From positions 320,001 to 384,000 of the forward strand of contig CAWDML010000005.1 of assembly GCA_963803435.1 (NCBI GenBank): a stretch of 64,000 nt of DNA. The letters are read 5' to 3'. Both the position numbers and the translations under genes were made by a program. Below, one piece after another: positions 21,938 to 30,491 of this stretch. Every line of letters begins with the position of its first letter. Positions within the stretch are counted from its first letter, which is position 1. The notes beneath the pieces are model-generated. The model saw only the letters and a list, made by a program, of their open reading frames with translations. It was not told the DNA's origin and ran no database searches. This DNA is from an uncultured delta proteobacterium. GTDB lineage: Bacteria > Myxococcota > Kuafuiibacteriia > Kuafuiibacteriales > Kuafuiibacteriaceae.

Positions 21938-23773
21938 CTAGCTCAGATCCCCCGCCGCGGTCAGGTCGGACGCGATGTGGAGCAGCCTGGCGTAGTGCTG
22001 GGCCGCCGCCTCCTGCCGCTCGTCGAGCGTCGCCAGATCCCCGATGAGACGGTGCTTCTCGTCGATCAGCTCGTTCGTCTCGTAGGTGTCGGTGCACGCC
22101 TCGATCTGCTCCTCCAGCGTCTGGACGCGATCGGCGATCGACCCAGGATCGATCGCCTCGATGCTCGCTTCCAGCGCGTCGATCCGCTCCGCCTCCCCCA
22201 TCGCGCGTTCGAGCAGCGCCCGGGCCGGCAGCGCGTCGAGCGCGAAGCCGCGGTTCAACACGCGGCGGAGCAGGTTGCGCAGTCGTGAGGTCCGGATCCG
22301 AGCGAAGAGCGACGAGGCCCGGAGCGCCAGCGGGTCGTCGGTCTTCTCCAGCCCAGCGCGGCCCGAGAACCACACGAGCGGTGCCGCGCGCCCGAGGCTG
22401 ATCAGCGCCTTGATCCCCGCGACGCCGAATAGCCCGAGCACGTAGGCGACGCCCACGAGCTTCTCGAACGCGGGCCCAAGCGTCGCGGCGGCGCCGAGCA
22501 CGAGCGTCGGTCCGAACACGAACAGGTAGAGGAACACCAGCTGGAAGGGCGAGGTCCGGAGCCGCCAGCCGGCCTGGAGCCAGCCCAGCAGGCCGCGCGC
22601 GCCGATGCTCACGTCGAAGCTCTCGCGATCGAGGGCCTCCGCCAGCTTGCTCGCGCCCTCGTCGGAGAGCCGATCGGCCACCACCACCGGGATCTGTTTG
22701 AGCCTCCGGTCGAGCGCCGTCTCGTCGAGGCAGTCCATGCCTCCCATGTCGCGGAGCAGCCTCATCAACCGCGCCTTCTGCTCGAAGGTCAGCGTGTCGC
22801 GGTTCCGCTCCAAGCGACGCCGCGGCTCGATGAACACGCGCCGGCCGGCCCGGGTGGCGCCCGCGATCCGAACCGGGCGGTGCTCGCACTCGATGCAGTG
22901 CGGGAGGCCTTGCACCATCACGGCTCCGCACTTGGCGCAGAGTGCGCTGCGCCGCGGGACCATCCCCACCGATTCACCGGCGAGGGCGCGCTTCATGGCG
23001 TCGGCGGTGGGGAAGCGGTCGTCGGGATCCTTCGCGAGCGCGCGGGTGATCGTCTGGGCGAGCGGCGCGGGCAGCCCGAACGCGGACAGGTCAGGGCGCT
23101 CGCCGGACTCGTGCATCTTCACCAGCATCAGCAGGGAGTCCGCGCGGAACGGGAGCTTGCCGGTGGCCGCCTCGAACAGACTGACGCCGAGGCTGTAGAG
23201 GTCGGCGCGCGGATCGATGACGTCGGATCCGAGCAGCTCGGGCGCGACGTACTCGGGGCTCCCGAACGCGATCGTGTGCGTGGTGACGCGCACCAGGTCG
23301 TCGACGCGCGCCAGGCCGAAGTCGGTGAGCTTGGCGCGTCCCTCGGCGTCGAGCAGGACGTTGTGCGGCTTGACGTCGCGATGGATGACACCGTGCTCGT
23401 GCGCGGCGCCGAGCGCGTCGAGCACCTGGGCACCCAGCTCGATCACCTCGGAGGGCGGCAGCGCACCTCGGCGCCGGATCACGCGCTTGAGATCGAGGCC
23501 GCCGTGGTACTCGAGGACCAGCGCGAGCAGCCCGTCGGTCTCGATCAGGTCGAAGATCTGCACCACGCCGGGGTGGTCGATCCGGCGGACCGCCGCGATT
23601 TCGCGCTTGAAGCGCTCGACCACCATCTCGTTGTCAAGCAGATGAGGCAGCAGCACCTTGATCGCGACGTCGGTCTCGCTCGCGGTGTCACGCGCGTGCC
23701 AGACGGTGGCCATGCCGCCCTGCCCGAGACCGCCGATGACCTGATACCGATCGGGGAGAACGGGCGGCTGCAC
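21938..23773 (-). CDS. Ser/Thr protein kinase with Zn-ribbon-like motif, TM segments and coiled-coil tail
   Basis: GQGGMATVW, HRDVKPHN, DFG, GSPEYVAPE; CAKC..CIEC. Confidence 0.92.
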   Translation of the reverse strand: MQPPVLPDRYQVIGGLGQGGMATVWHARDTASETDVAIKVLLPHLLDNEMVVERFKREIAAVRRIDHPGVVQIFDLIETDGLLALVLEYHGGLDLKRVIRRRGALPPSEVIELGAQVLDALGAAHEHGVIHRDVKPHNVLLDAEGRAKLTDFGLARVDDLVRVTTHTIAFGSPEYVAPELLGSDVIDPRADLYSLGVSLFEAATGKLPFRADSLLMLVKMHESGERPDLSAFGLPAPLAQTITRALAKDPDDRFPTADAMKRALAGESVGMVPRRSALCAKCGAVMVQGLPHCIECEHRPVRIAGATRAGRRVFIEPRRRLERNRDTLTFEQKARLMRLLRDMGGMDCLDETALDRRLKQIPVVVADRLSDEGASKLAEALDRESFDVSIGARGLLGWLQAGWRLRTSPFQLVFLYLFVFGPTLVLGAAATLGPAFEKLVGVAYVLGLFGVAGIKALISLGRAAPLVWFSGRAGLEKTDDPLALRASSLFARIRTSRLRNLLRRVLNRGFALDALPARALLERAMGEAERIDALEASIEAIDPGSIADRVQTLEEQIEACTDTYETNELIDEKHRLIGDLATLDERQEAAAQHYARLLHIASDLTAAGDLS

Positions 23774-23870
23774 GGCGCTTGGATTCTACCGTGAGCCGAA
23801 ACGAAAAAACCCTCCTCACCCTCCGGGTACCTCGCATCGCAGGTCCCAGTCGGCGTATCCTCGCAAGCTC

Positions 23871-24611
23871 ATGTTGGAGCGCCGGAAGGTCGTCGATGCC
23901 GTCACCAGCTACTTTCGGGACCATCCGCAAGAGATCGAGCGCATCGTTCGCAGCTCCTTCGGCCTCCGTTTCGGCGTGCCCCTGGCCGCCTTTCGCTGGC
24001 TGGTGCAGGAGACCGCCGAAGACGCCCACGCGCTCGACCTGGTGATCGAGGCGGATGCGCCGGGACTGCGCGTCGCCGCCACCTTCGAGAAGATGGAGAC
24101 GAGGCTGCGCGGCTCGGCGACCGTGCTGGTCAACCGGGTGCTCCTCTCCGGCGACGAGATCCGCTTCGAGGTCCGGCTCGAGGAGGTCGGCCTCCACGTC
24201 CTCAGCACCAAGAAGACGCAGCTGTCGGCGCTCATCAAGTCGGGCGCGCTCGATCTGTCCAAGCCGGGGAACCTGATCGACGAGCTCCCCGGGATGCCGA
24301 GCGTGATCGTCGAGGCCTACGACAACCGGTTGGTCATCGATCTCATGCGGTCGCCGAAGTTCCGCAACAATCGGATGCTCCGCCACACCATAGGACTTCT
24401 CTCCTCCCTGGTGACGGTCTACGGGATCCAGACCGAGTCGGATCACCTCGACGTGGTGTTCCGTGCGTTCCCGCGCGGCGGGTTCGGGGCGGCCGGCGCG
24501 ATCCAGGAGCACGTGGTCGAGCCCGGCCTGCGTCGCGTCTGGGCGCGCTTCTCCCGCTCCGCAGAGAACGGTCGCGTACGCCGCCTGCTCTCCGCCGTCG
24601 CCGCGCGCTGA
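23871..24611 (+). CDS. Hypothetical protein
   Basis: 246-aa ORF with host-like codon bias; TATCCT 9 nt upstream. Confidence 0.7.
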   Translation: MLERRKVVDAVTSYFRDHPQEIERIVRSSFGLRFGVPLAAFRWLVQETAEDAHALDLVIEADAPGLRVAATFEKMETRLRGSATVLVNRVLLSGDEIRFEVRLEEVGLHVLSTKKTQLSALIKSGALDLSKPGNLIDELPGMPSVIVEAYDNRLVIDLMRSPKFRNNRMLRHTIGLLSSLVTVYGIQTESDHLDVVFRAFPRGGFGAAGAIQEHVVEPGLRRVWARFSRSAENGRVRRLLSAVAAR

Positions 24612-24623
24612 ACTTTGCGCTAG

Positions 24624-24688
24624 GAGCGTGTAGCGCGTAAGCGCTCCGCGACCCCGGTCCCGGTCCCGGTCCCGGTCCGGGTCCCGAT
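24624..24688. repeat. Terminal inverted repeat (transposase side) with (GGTCCC)n hexamer array
   Basis: GAGCGTGTAGCGCGTAAGCGCTCCGCGACCCCGGTCCCGGTCCCGGTCCCGGTCCGGGTCCCGAT; near reverse complement of 26509-26573. Confidence 0.9.
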
Positions 24689-24708
24689 CTGAAGATGGCT
24701 GCCTTGAG

Positions 24709-26016
24709 TCAGACGCTCGCGACGGTCGCGAGCTTCGATCGGTAGAGCTTGAGCAGGTTGTGGGTGAGGCAGACGAGCGTCCACTCGGTTCGTACCTTGA
24801 AGAAGGAGCGGAGCGAGAACCGGCGGAGTCCTCGTACCCCTTTGATCTGTCCGAGCGCCGGTTCGACGATACTCTTCCTGCGGGCGTAGACCGCCTTGCG
24901 GTCGCGCGTTTGCAACTTGTCTCGCATTCGCTTGCGAGCGAGCGAGGCAGGTGTGGGCTGGAGCATCGGGACGAGGTGTTGCTGATCACTGATCAGGTGC
25001 CTGGTTGCTGACCCCGTCGGCGACAATCACCTGAGCGTGCTCATCTACGACAACTTGGGCATTGTAGGCCTGGAGGTACGCTCCCTCCTTCAACATGATC
25101 CTGCTGTCTGAGTCGATGAAGTTCCTCTGAGCGTTGGGCCTCGGTGTGCCGTCCACATTTGCAGGAACGCGATGATGCGGCCATCCATCATTTCGTTCAG
25201 TTGGGTCTGGGGATGGTTCGAGCTGGTCAGCCTGCGCTCTTGCCTTCTCGGCTCGAGTTCTCGCTCGCTTCTGCTCCACCCGATCCACAAGAGCATCATC
25301 CGCTTTGCTCTGCTGCTCTTCGGCTTGCCTGCGCAATTTCTCCGCGCGAGCCCTGGCGGCATCCTGTTCCAGCGCAGCCTTCGCTTCTCGAATGCGGGCA
25401 AGGCGGGATTCACGGCGAGCGAGCTCCGCTGGGATATCCTCTTCAGTCTCTTCAACGCCCAGCCGCTCGTCTTCCTCTTGGTCGATCGTGCGCGCTCGCT
25501 CCAGCAGTTCTTCGATCTCGAGAGACAGCCGCTTCTCCTCCTCGGCCATCCGCTCGTAGGTCATCGCCTTGTGCTTGCTCGCGTTCGCCTGCACCTTCGA
25601 GCCATCGAGTGCGACGTGTCCGAGCCGCACCAAACCTGCTTTCTGGCAAAGCTTCAGGACTTCGAGGAAGAGCGCTTTCAGTGCCTCCAGGTGGACGAGC
25701 CGGAACTCGTTGATCGTCGTGAAGTGGGGATGACTTTCTCCAGCCAGCACCCGGAATGGAATGTCTTCGTAGGTCGCCCGCGCGATCCTCCGCGACGAAT
25801 AGATGCCGGTGCAGTAGGCGTACAGAAGCAGCGCGATCATCATTCGAGGCGAGTACGGTCCTTGGACTGGATCGAGATCTCGATCGCGCTCAGCTCTACC
25901 TCATCGACGACGTCCAAGACGAAGTACGCGAGATGATTTTCTGGGAGCCACTCGAGAGGGGACGGCGGGAGCAAGAACGATTGTCTCGGAGTCCAAGAAC
26001 GGTATTGCTTCGCCAC
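24709..26016 (-). pseudogene. IS1182-family transposase, disrupted
   Basis: VAKQYRSW..QSFLLPPSPLEWLPENHLAYF; MMIALLLYAY..SSRRIA; LDGSKVQANASK; DSDSRIM; YNAQ; RRKSIVEPALGQIK..HNLLKL. Lesions: short frameshifting deletion ~25860, TGATCAG duplication ~24983-24996, internal deletion ~24959. Confidence 0.9.
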
Positions 26017-26135
26017 GAAACCATGGGATCAAGTCCAGGCGTCGAAGTCGATCCGCCCAACGATCGATTCCAGACGAAACGACCTCCAAGAACTTCTGCT
26101 GGTCAAAGTGGACGAGCTACCGCAAGCTAGCTTGC

Positions 26136-26503
26136 ATGGTCACTTTCGATCACGAGAAGCTCGAGGTCTACCAGCTCGCCGTGAGTATGCCGACATCGCT
26201 GAAGAGATCGCACAAGAACTGCAACCCGGTCACGCTCACGTCCGCGATCAGCTTCGGCGGGCATCCGATTCCATCGTGAACAACACCGCCGAGGGCGCCG
26301 GAGAGTTCAATCCACCTGAGAAGGCTCGCTTCTACCGGATGGCACTTCGCTCTGGCACCGAAAGCGCCGCCTCACTCCACACCTGCTTGAGGCGCCGACT
26401 CGCCAACGAGCAGAAGGTCCAAGCCGCCACAGCCAAGCTCAAGCGCGTTGTCGAGAGGCTCACGCGCCTCATCAAGTCGATGAACGCACGCCGGGCTGCA
26501 TGA
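26136..26503 (+). CDS. Four-helix-bundle protein (23S rRNA IVP/TIGR02436/Avd-like fold), 1-nt frameshift near 26179
   Basis: ATG 26136 gives MVTFDHEKLEVYQLA; the second frame gives DQLRRASDSIVNNTAEG..EKARFYRMALRSGTE, matching the family consensus DQLRRA..SI..NIAEG. Confidence 0.85.
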
Positions 26504-26508
26504 TCGCC

Positions 26509-26573
26509 ATCGGGACCGGGACCGGGACCGGGACCCGGACCGGGCTCGCGGTAGCGCTACGCGCTACACGCTC
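26509..26573. repeat. Terminal inverted repeat (4HB side) with (GGGACC)n hexamer array
   Basis: ATCGGGACCGGGACCGGGACCGGGACCCGGACCGGGCTCGCGGTAGCGCTACGCGCTACACGCTC. Confidence 0.9.
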
Positions 26574-26588
26574 CTAGCCTCGAGCTCG

Positions 26589-27281
26589 ATGGCGACGCCG
26601 ACTCGCCGCGATCACCGCCTCTTTCGCGTCCTCGATCTTCTCCGTACGCGCGGCCCGCTCTCGACGGCCGCGATCGCGGAGACGCTCGGCATCTCGCAGC
26701 TCACCGCGCTCCGCGACGTTCGCGATCTCCGCTGCTCCGGCGTCCCGATCCTCGGCGACGCCGACGCGGGCCTCCGACTCGATCCCGCGTACCACCTGGC
26801 GCCGCTGTTGTTCGAGGAGGACGAGCTGTCGGCGCTGGCGCTCGGCGCGCAGGTCGTCGAGTGCTGGGGCGATCCGGACCTCGAGGTCGCCGCGCGCCGG
26901 GCGATCGAGAAGATCTGCGCCGTCCTCCCGGGCGCGTTCGGCAGCAGTCTCGAGGCGCTTCTCCCCAAGAAACCCGCGGCCGCCGAGGAGGAGGAGGTCG
27001 CCTGGCTCATCACGCTCAGAAAAGCGATCGACGCCGGTCACAAGGTCCGCCTCGAGTACATCGACGCCAAGGGGCACAAGGGCGATCGCACGGTGTGGCC
27101 GCTGGCGGTGCTCTCCGTGGGTCACGACCAGCTGGGGCTGGCGGCGTGGTGCGAGAGCCGCAAGGCGTTCCGCACGTTCCGCATCGATCGGATCCAGCGC
27201 GCGGTCGAGCTCGACGAAGCGTTTCCGCCCAAGGACGGCCGGACATTGAACGACGACCTCAAGAGCCGCGGCCCCGCGTAA
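26589..27281 (+). CDS. HTH-WYL transcriptional regulator (YafY-like)
   Basis: N-terminal HTH (IAETLGISQLTALRDV); WYL domain RTVWPL..AAWCESRKAFRTFRIDRI. Confidence 0.9.
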   Translation: MATPTRRDHRLFRVLDLLRTRGPLSTAAIAETLGISQLTALRDVRDLRCSGVPILGDADAGLRLDPAYHLAPLLFEEDELSALALGAQVVECWGDPDLEVAARRAIEKICAVLPGAFGSSLEALLPKKPAAAEEEEVAWLITLRKAIDAGHKVRLEYIDAKGHKGDRTVWPLAVLSVGHDQLGLAAWCESRKAFRTFRIDRIQRAVELDEAFPPKDGRTLNDDLKSRGPA

Positions 27282-27430
27282 CTTGCAACCTCTGCATCTG
27301 TCACACGCGGCCTCGTGTCGTTCTCCCGGCCGAGTGAACGTCCAGGCCTGGTCCGGCCGTTGCATTCGGTCGCGCCATGATCGCGGGTGCCCGAAGCGCT
27401 GTGTCCCCCAACACGGCGATCGCCAGCCAG

Positions 27431-28279
27431 ATGCTGACGTTTTGGGATCAGAGCTGGGGCAAGAATCTGGTCGCCTCGGTCCTCGCGTTCGTCTGGATCG
27501 GTGCCGGTGGCTACTCGCTGCTCCCTATCGGCCTCCTGATCGCGCTGCAGCTGATGTTGCCCGCCATCCCCGGCTGGAGCCTCTGGCGAAGGCTGAGGTT
27601 CGCCGGCCGCCGTTCCGTGATCCTGGTTGCCTTGGCGGCCGGGTCGTTCTTCTTCGCCCACATCCAGCTCGGTGTGCTGCACCCCGACGGTGCCATCGTC
27701 TACGGGCGCCCGCAGTTCCTGGTGCCCACGTCTGCCGGATGGCTCGCCGCCGAGCACAAGGACCGCCTCTCCACACGCCACCAGGCCTGCGCCCGCGGTG
27801 ATGCGGAGTCGTGCGCGCTGCTCGGCCGCGCCTATCTCGAGGGCAAGGGCGTCGATCCGGATCCGCGCGCCGCGGTCGGCTACTTCGAGAGCGCCTGCGA
27901 CGCGGGCCACTCGCTCGCCTGTGTGAGCCTCGGCCGCATGTACAGCCGCGGGATCGGCGTCGACGCCAACCGCACCACCGCCAAGCAGCTCTACGCCGAG
28001 GCCTGCCACGCCGGCGAGCAGGTCGGCTGCCACAACCAGGGCGCGCTCCAGCTCTCCGAGGGCCACTTCACGAGCGGCATGGATGCGCTGATGCGCGCCT
28101 GCTCCCAGGACTTCGGCCGGAGCTGCTATCTGGTCGGCGAGCAGTTCCGGCTCGGCACGGGTGGCCAGCGCAAGAGCTCTCCCCGCGCGCGCGTGTGGCT
28201 GGAGAAGGCATGCCGGCTCGACGTCAAGGAAGCCTGCGATCTGGTGGCGACCGTCGCTATCAATCAGCGCCGGGGTTGA
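27431..28279 (+). CDS. Membrane-anchored Sel1-repeat protein
   Basis: N-terminal TM helices; Cys-containing Sel1 repeats (ACVSLGRMYSRGIGV, WLEKAC); start uncertain (27377 or 27431). Confidence 0.8.
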   Translation: MLTFWDQSWGKNLVASVLAFVWIGAGGYSLLPIGLLIALQLMLPAIPGWSLWRRLRFAGRRSVILVALAAGSFFFAHIQLGVLHPDGAIVYGRPQFLVPTSAGWLAAEHKDRLSTRHQACARGDAESCALLGRAYLEGKGVDPDPRAAVGYFESACDAGHSLACVSLGRMYSRGIGVDANRTTAKQLYAEACHAGEQVGCHNQGALQLSEGHFTSGMDALMRACSQDFGRSCYLVGEQFRLGTGGQRKSSPRARVWLEKACRLDVKEACDLVATVAINQRRG

Positions 28280-30429
28280 TCTCGTCGGGCAGCGGAATGA
28301 TCGGCGTCTTCTCGTCGTAAAGCAGCCGATAGATGCCCCAGGTCTCGATCACGCGCTTCACGTAGCCGCGCGTCTCCTTCACCGGGATCGTCTCTACCCA
28401 CCGATCGAAGGGGAGCTTGCTCTTGGGGAGGATCTTCTTCGTCAGTCCGTTGCCTCCGTTGTACGCGGACAGCGCGAGGGCCTCGGTGTCGTTCCAGCGA
28501 TCCAGCCCGGCTTTGAGCACGTGCGCGCCGAGCCGGAGGTTGAGCTCGGGATCGGTCAGCCGCTGCAGGTCGGTGAGGCGCTTCTTGTAGACGTCGGCGT
28601 AGGCGCCGATCGCGGTGGCCGGCATCAGCTGGGAGAGCCCGGTGGCGCCGGCCCAGCTCACGATCTCCGGATCGAAGGTGGACTCCTCGCGCACCAGCGC
28701 CAGCAGGAAGAGCGACTCCAGCTTTTCGGCGCCTGCGGCCGACTCGACGAGCTCGAAGTACGGGCGCGAATACGCCAGCCGCAGGATGGGGACGTTCGCG
28801 GGATCGATCGGCTTGGCCAGGAAGGTCTCGGCCCGCGTGCGAAGGAGGAGCTGAGCGTCCGGGTGGGCGCCAATCCGATCGAACGCGAGGGCCAGCGCCA
28901 CCACCTCGTCGCGGGAGAGGTCGAGGCACGACAGCCGCTGCAACTCCGCTTGCGCGAGCTGCGGCTCGCCGGCGGCGAACAAGACACGCGCGCGCGCGAG
29001 CTCGGGGCTCCCGACGATCCGCTCCGGGAGCGGGACGTCGTCGCTGTGGACCGAGACAGCCTCGAGAAGCGCCGCCCGGAGCGAGGCCGCCAGCTTCGGG
29101 TCCCGGCGCGCCAGGCCGTCGAGTGTCACCCAGGTGTAGAACGAGGGTTCGAGCACCACCTCGCGATAGAGCGCCGCCGCCTCCTGGGTCTTCTTCTGGC
29201 CCTCCAGCAGGCGGGCCCGCCAGTAGCGCGCGCGCGCCCGATCGATCGGGCGCAGCTTCGGGCGGGCCAGGATCCAGGAGAGGAGCTGGTCGGCGCGCGC
29301 GGTGTCGTTCGACTCGAGCGCGTCCAGCGCGAGGTGCCAGGCCGCCTCGGGGGTCTCGTCGCCGTCCGGGATCTCGTCGACCAGACGCTGGTACACCTTG
29401 GCCGCCTCCTTGGCGCGCCCGACCTGCTCGAGCACCTTCGCGTGGAGGAGGAGCGCGTCGTCGGCGAAGCTGTGATCCTTGTGCTCGGCCATGAACCAGT
29501 CGGCGATCGCCTTGGTCGCCTTCCACTGGCCCCGGATCTCGCGGACCTGAGCCTCGAGGAGCGCGCTCCGCTGGGCGAGAATCGATGTCGCCCTTCTTCT
29601 GGCAGCGGGCCCGGGCCTCGACGAGCGCGCCGATCGCGTTCTGGTACCGCCGCATCTTCCGGAGGGCTTTGCCTTCGAGGTAGCCGAGCTCGCACGAGAG
29701 CGCGTGCGCCGCGCCCAGCTCCTTGTCGATGGCGCGCGCCTCATCGTAGGCCTCGTCGTTGCGGTGACGCTCGAGCAGGTTGCGGATCCGCGTCATGCGC
29801 AGATCGATCGTCTTCAGGTGCTCGGCCACGGCCTTGGGGCCGAGCTGCTTTGCAAGCTGTCTTGCTTCGACGGTCTCGGCCGCCTCGGTCAGGAGCTTCG
29901 CCTCGATCTGGGACGCGCGCGGATCCTTCGCCTTGGTGAGGAGCCCGAACGCCCGGGCCAGGCCCGGCCCGTCCGGCGGCAGCTCGAGCAGCGCCTCGGC
30001 GGCCGCCTTCGGATCCCGATCGGCGAGCAGATCGGCGGCCAGGTTGCGGGCGTCGATCAACAGCAGCGGCTCGGCGTCGCAGGCCGGGGCGCGGGGACGG
30101 ACCCGCGAGAGCGCCTCGAGGGCGCGGTCCGGCTTGCCTTCTTTGGCGAGCGCGCGAGCGAGCAGCAGCGAGCGGTAGTCGTCGATCGGCGGGGCCTCGC
30201 GGGCGAGCAGACCCAGGGCCGCCGCCCCGTCGCCGGCCTCCAGCGCCTTTCGGGCGAGAAGCAACGGCTCGGCCCGCGGGTCGCTCGAGGGGACGAGATC
30301 CTCCAGGTGCCCGGTTTTCCTCGGCTCTTGGCCGCCCATCAGCAGCGGTGCCGCCGCGAGCCAGGCCAGAACCCACCTTTCTGCATAGGTCCGTACGGGA
30401 TCCGTCGATCGGTCGACTGTCTTCCTCAT
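28260..30429 (-). CDS. Soluble lytic transglycosylase (Slt70-like) with TPR region, apparent +1 frameshift near 29580
   Basis: REESTF, GLSQLMP, AYNGG and ETRGYVKRV SLT motifs; the two track ORFs join as GDID/LAQRSA; start uncertain. Confidence 0.85.
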
Positions 30430-30491
30430 GCGTCGAGGCAAAAACCTTCCCAGTGCCTGCACGATGTCCCTATCCTAGCGCCGACGACGGA

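Larger units (their letters stand above)
24620..26577. mobile_element. IS1182-like element carrying a four-helix-bundle passenger gene, copy 1 (coordinates include CTAG at both ends)
   Basis: CTAG at 24620-24623 and 26574-26577; 16-bp perfect terminal IR GAGCGTGTAGCGCGTA extending imperfectly to ~65 bp; transposase and 4HB genes inside. Confidence 0.9.

Noticed and set aside
24650-24690. CRISPR-like array in the hexamer repeats
   Set aside because: The units are 6-bp tandem repeats without spacers, there are no cas genes, and they are part of the terminal IRs.
26136-26503. 23S rRNA intervening sequence or rRNA gene
   Set aside because: The family name is historical, and no rRNA sequence flanks this gene.
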